A stretch of 64,000 nt of DNA from a candidate division WOR-3 bacterium. Lineage in GTDB: Bacteria; Hydrothermota; Tepidihabitantia; Tepidihabitantales; Tepidihabitantaceae. The position numbers and the translations under genes were made by a program. Location of the stretch: NCBI GenBank assembly GCA_965649205.1, contig CBFGJV010000001.1, positions 1 to 64,000 on the forward strand. The letters run 5' to 3'. Below the pieces are notes generated by a model, which saw nothing but the letters and a program-made list of their open reading frames with translations, did no database searches and was not told where the DNA came from. This document shows, one piece after another, positions 30,750 to 39,433 of this stretch (position 1 is its first letter; each line of letters starts with the position of its first letter).

Positions 30750-30843
30750 AGAGAGCAGTTGACTTTCCTATTATCTACCACTCGGTGCCAAGGCCGTTGA
30801 AGGCGACGACACGTTCCGAGTATTCTGCACCCCTCTAGGATGC
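30750..30843 (-). ncRNA. tracrRNA of the type V-B system
   Basis: Lies between cas2 and the array; anti-repeat at 30754-30779 (AGCAGTTGAC exact, TTCC, CTACC) and second element at 30807-30812 (GUGUCG, complementary to the repeat 3' end); 5' hairpin and ACUCGG/CCGAGU long-range stem. Confidence 0.85.
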
Positions 30844-30849
30844 GGTTTA

Positions 30850-30877
30850 AGTATATGTGCCGAAAGGAAATCGTCAA
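30850..30877 (-). promoter_or_regulatory. tracrRNA promoter (TTGACG-N16-TATACT)
   Basis: -35 at 30877-30872, -10 at 30855-30850; predicted +1 near 30843, the first base of the 5' hairpin. Confidence 0.7.
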
Positions 30878-30903
30878 GTGTATCCGGAGTCGAGCTTCGG
30901 AGG

Positions 30904-31194
30904 TTAGACTATGATAGTGCGTTCTTCACCTTCCGGTAAGGGCTGTCCGAGATTCGTGGCAGCCTGGCGCGCCGCAGCTTCGTCCGCGCCGAGGTCTATA
31001 ATCAGTGCCTGGTCTTCTTTGAGGTTCATGGCTTCCTCCAGGGCAGACTGCATACGTACGCGGTCAATCTCTTTTAGAGTGCAGAAGAAGACCGAGTACT
31101 GCCAGTGTTCTCCGTAGCCTTTCATTATCTTGAAGACCCGGCGCCAGCGCGCCGGGCTGGAGATGTCGTAACAGACAAGATAGGAGCGACGCAT
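30904..31194 (-). CDS. cas2: CRISPR-associated endonuclease Cas2 (96 aa)
   Basis: MRRSYLVCYDIS...GYGEHWQYSVF...D; ATG overlaps the cas1 stop (TAATG). Confidence 0.95.
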   Translation of the reverse strand: MRRSYLVCYDISSPARWRRVFKIMKGYGEHWQYSVFFCTLKEIDRVRMQSALEEAMNLKEDQALIIDLGADEAAARQAATNLGQPLPEGEERTIIV

Positions 31195-32923
31195 TAGCGA
31201 GTAGTCAGGAAGGAGAGAGTGGAGATTTCTCCTGTGAGCCACGCGGCGATCATCTTAGCGTGGAGATAAAGCATTCGGCGATAGCTCAAACGGTAGTCGA
31301 ATACCGGATGAGTGACAATTGTATCCATTCTGCGCGCAAAGGCTTTGAAGAATGCTTTGCGGCCAGCTTCGGTGAAATTGCAGCCAGCCACAGTGTCGAG
31401 GAAGTGACCGCCGGTAAGTTCTTCTTTGTTGAATGCGGTGATGGCGATTGAGTCGGCGATGATGGGCCGAAATGGTTCCATCAGGTCTAGCGCCAGGGCG
31501 GGACGGCCGGGACGAGACACATGGAAACCACCGATGGAAGGTTCCAGCCGGGCCATTCTGAGCGCAGCGGCGCATTCAAGACATAGCATTGAGTACGCCA
31601 TCGAAAGGCAGGAGTTTACCGGATCAGGTGGTGGTCGGCGGGAGCGGCCGTTGGCGTCAAAGCGTGACGCTTCCGGCCCCTTGAGCATTCCGGCGAAATG
31701 CTGAAAGTACAGCGCAGCAGCCTGACCTTCGTGACTGCGCAGATTGTCAAGGGATTCGGCGACCCGGGCTTTTTCTACTTCCTGCGCCATTTGGGCCAGG
31801 ACGGATGCAGGCAGAGAAGGATGGTTGCGCATCAGGACTGTGCGCTGATTCTGAATTTTGGCGGTGATGAGTGCGCGGGCGAGTTCCAGGCACTTTTCCG
31901 GACGGTCAAGTTGGCGCACTTGTTCCCGGCGCATCTTGGCACTGACCGAGTCCATAGGGTCGATCATTGCCACAAGCCTGCCAGCTGCGGAAAGATACGC
32001 TACTGGTACACATTGGTCGGCTAATGCATGAAGAGCCTGGGTAGAGACCTGCACCGGTCCGACAACAACAAGTCCTTCGAGCCCGGCGAGTGGAATCTGG
32101 CGTTGAGTTACACCCTTGCGGTCTATTACTTCAAGTGCCATCCCGGTGATGCCAATTCTCGTTCCTTGGGACAGTGCCACTAGCTGAATACCCTCGTCAC
32201 GGGGCGGCCACAGCTTGCGGGGTGTGGTTTGTTCAGTTTCGGTTTGGCCGCGCTGGAAGTTGATTTCGTCCGGCAGGCAGATGGGGAGAAGTGAACACCG
32301 GGGCAGCGCGGGTCATTGACGAGAGGGAGAGGGCGGGGGCCTTCGGCGCACTTCTTAGCCGCCTCAAGTATAGTCAGCGCTTCGTTGCGCAACTGCTGGT
32401 CAACCGGAATAGTGAGCTTGCGCTTTTCCTCAGCATAGTACAGCACCGCTTCATTCACTGTGTATCCAGCTTCTTCCAACAGAAGTGCCTGCAGTCCTAC
32501 TTGAATCCGATCCGCAGGCCAAGGCGCAACTACCGTCAATGGTGGTGAATCTGCTTCTTCAGTCTCCTCGGGTGGTGGGGCGATGGAAAGGTGTTTTGGC
32601 GCGCCTTTGCGGTATTCTACTGGTGTGGCCGTGTTACCAAAGATTTCAGCCAAGTCAAGAACGGCGCTGATCCCGAGCCGGGTACTGGAAAGAGCGAGGG
32701 AACGGATGGATTTCGGTCTGTCCGGGTCTTCGTCAGATTCGGTCTCTTCTTTCCTGTCAGACGGAGCGCAGCTCGGTCGGTCAACCCAGCGGTGGACCGC
32801 ACAACCTTGCTCGGTGTCGGGTGAGGGCAGAAAGATGCCCTCAACTGCCATATAGTAGAATAGACGCGGGCAGTAGGCGTACTCGGCGACGTTGCGGCAG
32901 CCCCAGAGTTCAGACTCGCTCAC
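31194..32923 (-). pseudogene. cas4-cas1: cas4-cas1 fusion interrupted by a 1-bp deletion at the G4 run 32300-32303 (576 aa if restored)
   Basis: Cas4 YAYCPR, DLAE..VEYRKG; adding one base gives CPRCSLLPICLPDE (Fe-S cysteines) and reads into Cas1 (HEGQAAALYF, RRPPPDPVN, GFH, ALDLMEPFR). Confidence 0.9.
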
Positions 32924-32926
32924 AGA

Positions 32927-35900
32927 CTACAGACCGGCCCACTCACGCAGGCGTTCAATAACCCGGAATTTCACCTTATTCCAGTACTCGATGGAGCTCT
33001 GCCAACTGTCGGATTCAATTGCTGCGGCTGACACATCGCGCCAGGCGTTGACCACGTCTTTGTCAACGGTTTCACTGAGTAGTTGCCCATTCAGGTCGAA
33101 TGCCTTCGTACCCTTACACCTGTCCTTTGCCGGCTTGCCGTTCCTGCCGCAGGGGATCCACCACCACCTACCTGGCCAGTCCGGGTCCAGGAGCGCGCGC
33201 AGGCCGATGTTGGCGGCAGCATTGAGGTCGGCCTGGATGCCTTTGGACGCGGGCGAGTTTCTGTCCGCCGAGACGAAAAGTTCACCTGAGCGGTCAAGAA
33301 TCCGTACCAACTTTGTGTTGTCGGTGCAGCCGTCCCACTTCGCCTTGAGTGCTTCGAGGTACTCGTTTTCTGCTCCCGCGGCGTTTTTGACCAGCCGTTC
33401 GTAGCGCCTCAGGAATTCCGGCACAGGCAGGTCTGTGCATCTTGCGCCCGGCGCGCCGGTGCGGGAATCCTGCCGGGAGGTGTAATTGGGTATTACTTGG
33501 CGGAGGTGCAGGCCATTCAATTCGCAGGCTTCTTTCAGATACCTGAGAACTTTTACCGCTGACCACTGCATCAATTGACGGTTCTCGCGGCGGGTGCGGA
33601 TCTGCTCAGGTCGATAGGAATCCAGATTTTCAACCACAACGGCATGGCAGGGTTTAAAGCGAGGTTCGACGATTGGTTTCTGAGGCCGCTTACCCCCTTC
33701 CCAATGTTTCTTGTCTTCGGAACCGATGCCCAGCGCGGCTTCCACAATTCTGGAAGCCAGTTGTTTCACCCGGTTCTCGCGCAGATGTTCTAGTGTATTA
33801 AGGACTCGCTGGCCGTAGTTATCCAATCGTATGTCCCCTTTTTCGGGTGTGTTTCTGCGAATGTCTTCCGGCTCCGGTCTTGTCGTGTACGCTTTCATGG
33901 CTTGCCACAATTCGCGGATGTTTGCGAGTCGGTCCAATGACAGGCCACCTACGTGTCGGATAGAGGCATCGGATTTCGGTCTGCCGCGGGGCAGTAGCCA
34001 GTTACGAAGCCAGCGAAGATGACCTTTCCATTGTTTGTCATCTTCGCGCCAACGTGTGGCCCAGATAGTGTGTAGCTTCATCCGTAACTGGGGATTGCCG
34101 GCTAGTTTCGCCGCATAGTCAGTCAGTAGTTTGCGAAGATTCCTATTGTAAGTCTTGAGGTCGGCTTGCGTTGCGTCTTCGCCTGGCGCGGGTGGAAGTT
34201 CCGCCTGCACGTATGTGTGCCACATTTCCTTGGCCCAGTCGTCGCGCCAGCGGGGGCTTTGGAACAGACTCTGCCAGAGTATCAGGGTGTCTTCTAGGAA
34301 CTCTCGGCGCCTGTCCGAGGTCAATTCTTCCCAGCGGTCGCCTGGTAGCGGCTTCCGGTCGGTTTTCAGGTTAAAAGCAATTCGAGCTCGATCGCCATGG
34401 CGGCGAAGTCCGAGCCGGGCGGTGTGGACCGCATCAGCCATCAGGCTGACTATGTTGTGAGGCAGAGGGTTGTCTTTCGTTCGGATGCGACCGAGCCAGG
34501 CTTCGAACTGCTGCACTGCTGCATATTCATCAGGCGATGCCTTCCGGCCGGTTTCATTTTCGCCCTGCAGTTTGATAAGGAATTGCCGGTCGAGTCTTGC
34601 CCACATATCCGGGCCGGTACGACGGTAAATTGTCCTAAGTCTCTTACCGTTTTGACTGAGGAGCAGATGCAGGGCAAGGTCACCGGGTTTCGGCGGCTTT
34701 CGCCCGGCCTCTACGCAGAGGCGGGTCATCTGCTCTTCGGTAAGGGTCTCCCAGACCGCACAGGCTGCCGCGTAGCGGTGGCCGAGGTCCAGTGATAGCA
34801 CACGAAAGCCCGGGAATACGGCATAGCATAAGAGTGGCATGCCCTTTCCGTCCTTTATTGTCTTCAGCGTGCGGCCAGGCTTGCGGGTCCTCGTCCAGGT
34901 TGAGTCTGCGGGCCAAGGTTGCCCAAGGGCCGGCTTCCTGTGTCTGCAGGCGGCCAGAGAAGGTGATGAACCAGTTCAGGCCGTTGCGCATTTTAACAGC
35001 TTTTGCATCCCAGCCATGCTTCTGCACGCGTCTGGCTAGCCGGTCGAGCTGGGCGCGGGGCGCCTGCAGGCGGCCGTTCCAGTCCTTCTCGACGAATACA
35101 TTTAGGACAAGCACAGCTGTTTCGCTGCCGATGCCGGCTGCGGCGCGGCTGAGTCGGTCGGCGCGGCTAACCCGGACACCATCCGGAGCCTGTTCTAACA
35201 TTAGATCAGCAACAAGCCGCTTGGACTGCCAGAGCATTGCGGTTCTGCCAAGCGATGAGCCTGTTACGGTACGTAGCGTAAGCCGCCGGTCGGACAGGGC
35301 GGCGCGGAATCGCGCGCGGGCTTTTTCAAGTTGTTTCTGTGCCCTGAGTAGCTGGGTGGGCATTTTTTCACCAGTGGTTTCGCCACAATACGCGAGAGAC
35401 TGTTTTAATCCGTCCACTTTCAAAACCGCTTTCAGGCAGGAGTTCGCAGCTTTGTGTACGGCAAAAGAAATTGCCCAGCGAGACTTGCCGTAGTCGCAGA
35501 ACACCGGATGAGATAATGGATGAGGATGACGATAGGCCGGGACTTTGAAGCGGCGCATCTTCGCCTGGGCGTCGCGTGCGTTAACATAGTCAAGGAGCGG
35601 CTGCGGGTCGGGTCTGCCGTTGCGCAACCAGACGATGCTGGCGCCTTCTGCAGACAATGCCTCGAACAGAGTTATGTCGCCGAACTTCTCGATTTCGTCC
35701 TGCAGTTCTCTGGCCGCAGCCTTGCGGTCTTCGGCGGTGCGGCAGTCTCTTGCAGACCAGGCTTTCACAATTTCTTCCCAACTTTCTACCGCCCGGGGCT
35801 GAATTTGGAGCGGGCCGACCGCACCAGTCAGGCGGCCACGTTCTTCCAAGAATTCGTCCAGCCATTGTTCCACATCGGTCGGAACCTGCTTTTGGGCCTG

Positions 35901-37100
35901 TTCCGCTAACTTCTGGCGGTTGGCTTCGGCCCGTTTTTGCCAGGAGTGGGCGGAGGAAACCCTCCTGAGTGCGAGATCCAGCATTACCGAGTACTCGTCT
36001 GTCAGGTTCCGGCCACAGACAAAGGGTAGGCCGGTGGCTTTCTCGACGCGGGCGCGCAATGTCTCGGCCCATTTGGGCACGTTTCTAGCACCCTTTTTTA
36101 TTTTCTCCATTTTCTCGTCGGCCTCGGCTGCCAGTTTGGCCTGCATAGTTGAGATCGTATCCGATGTTAGTACCGGCATGGCGTAAACTTTCTCAATAGC
36201 CAGTTTTCCCTGCGAGGGGCGACCTTTCCATCCGATGGCTTTGTAGATGCTGCTGAGCAAGTCTCCCTTTTCCGTCGCCTGAAGAAGTGTCAGAAGGTGG
36301 CTAGCCAAGGCAGAGCCGGACTGACCCTCGTAGTGGCTCAGGTCCGCAGTAGCAAGCGTGCGCAGCTTTTCTGCTATTCGCTCCAGGTCGCTTTTTTCTC
36401 CAGTTCCCCAACAGTTCACGATCCAGCTGCGAGCCTTCTCTCGAAATTTTGTTTCGTGCGCGGCCGCCGCGGTTGATCCGGATTCTGGTAGCTTGAGGAA
36501 TTCGTCTAAGTCCCCAAATAACTCTCTAATCGCCGACTGCGCTTGTTCCCTGGTAAGGGTCTTATCGTTCTGCGCTTCCACGTCGAATGCCTTGGCGCGG
36601 TTGACCCAGACCGCGTCTTCTCGAATGGCGGCACAGAGCGAATCTTTGCAGTCGGCAACCCAGGTCTCGATTTCCTCCTTGGTCAGACCACGTGAGGCGA
36701 GAACTTCCTAGAGCGCGGCAACGATTTTGCACTTGCGGTCGGGCGCGGCGTCTTTGCCGGTGGCCACGATGTACTCGGCCGGAGCACCGTCGGCGGATTC
36801 AACCGAGAGCCAGGAAAGTGCGAGCATTATACGACGGTGACGAGTTTCTTGGTCGTCGGGACGGCGTTCGGTTTTCTTCTGGCCTTTTCCTTCGGTTACC
36901 GATAGCTCTGTAAGACGGTGGTCCAGACCACCGCGGAGGGTGAGGAGCCAGTCAGCGAAGACCTTGGTTCCCTTGTTGATTGTCTCGTGCGTACGCCATA
37001 GTGCCTCGCGCCAAGCCTCATCTTCGCTTCCTTCTCTGCCCGGTATGCCGCGCAGGCGCAGCGTGTAGGCCCGTTGGGTAATTGTCGCAGACGTCGTCAC
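32927..37100 (-). pseudogene. cas12b: type V-B effector Cas12b (C2c1), ~1390 aa if restored; in-frame TAG at 36708-36710 and +1 frameshift at A3 34805-34807
   Basis: Three collinear ORF pieces; N-terminal TQRAYTLRL..LWRTHE; RuvC-I (L)RVLSLDLG, WARLDRQFLIKLQGE, RuvC-II PCHAVVVENL..RRENRQLMQWS, TSRQDSRTGAPGARC, RuvC-III QADLNAAANI; followed by cas4/1, cas2, tracr and array. Confidence 0.93.
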
Positions 37101-37126
37101 CTCCTGTCGTTGCGCGGTATGCAGAA

Positions 37127-37155
37127 AGCTTAGGTGGGAAAATTGGATTTGTCAA
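37127..37155 (-). promoter_or_regulatory. cas operon promoter (TTGACA-N17-TAAGCT)
   Basis: -35 at 37155-37150, -10 at 37132-37127; SD AGGAGG(TG) at the gene start. Confidence 0.65.
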
Positions 37156-37539
37156 GAGAGCGGCGGGAGGGTAGCAAGGTAGGCGGTTCGGGGAGCAGGA
37201 AGGGGATTACTCCACCAGGCGGCGGGCGGGGCGCATCAGAGGGCAGGAAGGATAGTAGGTCGCTGCATGGGAGAGTGGGCGGGTCGGTGAGGGACTCGGC
37301 GGGCGGGTGGGCTATTGGACGGGGGAGTTGCCGGGTCTGCGGCCGGGAGGACTACGGGGGATACGGACCGGTGGGCAGGTGGTGGAGTGGCTCAGGGAGC
37401 GGCGGAGCGGGCAGGAGACCGGGTTATCCGGAGAGCCACGGAGGGAGCCGCTGGGGGAGCTGGGGAGGGGGGTAACGGAGGATTTCAGGTATCAGATTGT
37501 GGTGCAAGGAGTTAGGTCGCTAAGAAGCCTTGCGGACCG

Positions 37540-37557
37540 TAATACTAATGAGTATTA
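37540..37557. promoter_or_regulatory. palindromic operator TAATACT-N4-AGTATTA overlapping the -10 of the HTH gene
   Basis: Perfect 7-bp inverted repeat inside TTGCGG-N17-TATTAT, 10 nt upstream of ATG 37568. Confidence 0.6.
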
Positions 37558-37567
37558 TCAAGTCTGT

Positions 37568-38709
37568 ATGGGCCGCAGGTATGTGCAGGATTCTTTCTAC
37601 TTCCCGCAGGCGCTGGGCGAGCGGCTGCGGGAGCTTAGGCTGCGGGCGGGCCTGACCCAGAAGGAGCTGGCAAGTATGGCCGGGCGGGAGTTTCGGGGCG
37701 GGCAGGCCATGGTGAGCAGGCTGGAAAGAGGCCGCATTCGGAGCCCTTCTTTGCGGTTGGTGGCGGATTTTCTGCGGGCCTGTCGAGCGAGTTTTGACGA
37801 CATCCGCGATGTCCTGCACGCCTACACGGCGCAGCCATTGGTGGCGGAGAAGCGGGCAAGAAGGGCGGTGCAGAGACTGGTGGAGGTTTTGCCGGAGGGT
37901 GTGGCGGGAAGGTGGATAAGTACGATGTGAAGACGGCAGTGTGGCGTCGGCACCAGGGAGATTTGCCGGAGGCAGAGGCGGCACGGTTGGAGAGAGTGAG
38001 GGGAATGGCTCAGCAGTTGCTTTTGCGGCAGAAGTTGGAGGAGAGGTTGCATATTGCCCTGAATCATATCGGCGCCAGGCGGGGCGGGCCGGCAAGAAAG
38101 GCGCTGGCCGATTTTGGTCGCAAGGTTTGGGCTATTTTGCGCCGAACGCGGGCGCAGCCAAAGAAGAGGGCGTACCTTTTGTCTGAGGCGGGCGAGAAGC
38201 TGAGGCAGGAACGGGTGGTGACAGACGAGGCCATACGTTATATCGAAACCGTGACGTGCGAGCTTTTTGCGGAGCTGGAGCAGAAGGGCGAGTTGGATCG
38301 CTTGCCGAGCGTAGAGGTCACAGAGGGGCTGCTGGCCAAAAGGGCGGGGGAGCGAGTTATGCGAGATGAGCAGATGTGCGCGGAGGAGTGGAGAAAGCAG
38401 TTGCGGGAGTACGAGCAGGCGCGGGAGCGAATGCTGAGACAGGTGCTGGACGAAGCGAGACCGTTGTTTGCGGAGAAGGGAAAGCAGGAGGAGGTATTCT
38501 ATATTGGCGTGGTAAGAGGTTGTTTGTATGCGGCGCAACGGACGCGGGCGGGGAGTAAAGAGCGGGAGCAGGCAACAGAGGAAGCGTTGCAAGTGGTACG
38601 CAGGAAAGGGCTGGATGTAGAGTTGGCGCGACAGGTGGCCGAGTTTGCCTTGCGCAGGTTTGACGAGTTGCTGCGTTTTCTCCCGCCGAATCCCCGGACG
38701 CAGCTCTGA
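37568..38709 (+). pseudogene. XRE-family HTH protein with long helical C-terminal region, apparently frameshifted near 37906-37911 (or two overlapping genes)
   Basis: LGERLRELRLRAGLTQKELA...VSRLERG...PSL in ORF 37568-37930; overlapping ORF 37912-38709 continues with similar composition; one extra G would fuse them (~380 aa). Confidence 0.6.
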
Positions 38710-38733
38710 GCGAAGCGCGGAAATGACATTTGT

Positions 38734-38761
38734 TTGACGGCGGTGGAGTTTCTCTTACACT
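38734..38761 (+). promoter_or_regulatory. promoter (TTGACG-N16-TACACT), leaderless, for the methyltransferase cluster
   Basis: -10 ends 6 nt before ATG 38768; no SD. Confidence 0.65.
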
Positions 38762-38767
38762 TGGGCT

Positions 38768-39433
38768 ATGAGTGAAATTTTGCGTCGAATTGCCCGAGCA
38801 GTGGAGTCAGGTCACAGCGATGCTGCATCGCCGTATCCGCCAGATATGGTGGGTGAGCCTGGCGTAGATGAACTGACTCGGCAGGCTTTGGCAGAAGGCA
38901 TACAGGTAAGGCGGTTGTTGTATGAGGGTCTGGTGGCGGGAATGAAGGCTATTGGCGAGAGGTTCAGCGAGGGGAGTGCGTTTCTGCCCGAGGTTCTGAT
39001 GGCGGCGCGGGCTTTGGCTGCGGGCTTTACACATCTGCAGCCGTACTTTTCGTCTGGCGCAGTGAAGCATAAGGGGACGGTGATTCTGGGTACAGTACAG
39101 GGCGACTTGCACGATATCGGCAAGAAGATTGTGGGTCTGTTTTTTAACGGGGCAGGGTGGAGAGTGGTGGATTTGGGCGTGGATGTGCCGCTGGAACGGT
39201 TTCTGGCCGCAATCGAGGAGCACAAGCCGCAGGCAGTGGGCTTGAGCACGCTCTTGACTACGACTATGCCGAGCATGGCAAAGATTACGGCTGGCATAAA
39301 ATCCCGGTATCCAGAGTTGAAGGTGGTGGTAGGGGGTGCGCCTTTGACTGCTGAGTTTGCCGCCAGCATAGGGGCGGACTTTTATGGCGCGGACCCGCAG
39401 ATGGCCTTAGACTATCTGGACGGTGCGGTATGA
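38768..39433 (+). CDS. corrinoid (B12-binding) protein 1
   Basis: Cap domain FLPEVLMAA; GTVQGDLHDIGK (DxHxxG), DLGVDV, STLLTTT, VVVGGAP. Confidence 0.93.
   Translation: MSEILRRIARAVESGHSDAASPYPPDMVGEPGVDELTRQALAEGIQVRRLLYEGLVAGMKAIGERFSEGSAFLPEVLMAARALAAGFTHLQPYFSSGAVKHKGTVILGTVQGDLHDIGKKIVGLFFNGAGWRVVDLGVDVPLERFLAAIEEHKPQAVGLSTLLTTTMPSMAKITAGIKSRYPELKVVVGGAPLTAEFAASIGADFYGADPQMALDYLDGAV

Noticed and set aside
30668..30877. 69-aa ORF between cas2 and the array
   Set aside because: It overlaps the tracrRNA and its promoter, which explain the sequence better; no SD or motif.
34800..34812. Programmed ribosomal frameshift in cas12b
   Set aside because: No canonical X XXY YYZ slippery heptamer or obvious stimulator; a single extra base explains it.
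32927..34840. Stand-alone TnpB or compact Cas12f-type nuclease
   Set aside because: It is the C-terminal part of a larger Cas12b; the upstream ORFs are collinear and there are no IS ends or transposase.
36708..36710. Amber codon in cas12b as pyrrolysine readthrough or TAG recoding
   Set aside because: TAG is a normal stop for many genes here (ftsH, korA, korB, cas12b itself), the nearby MttB homolog is non-Pyl, no pyl genes are in the window, and the gene has a separate frameshift anyway.
37134..37567. ORF 37134-37475 and the 5' extension 37307-37567 as protein coding
   Set aside because: Low-complexity Gly/Arg translations of G-rich intergenic DNA; promoter and operator support ATG 37568.
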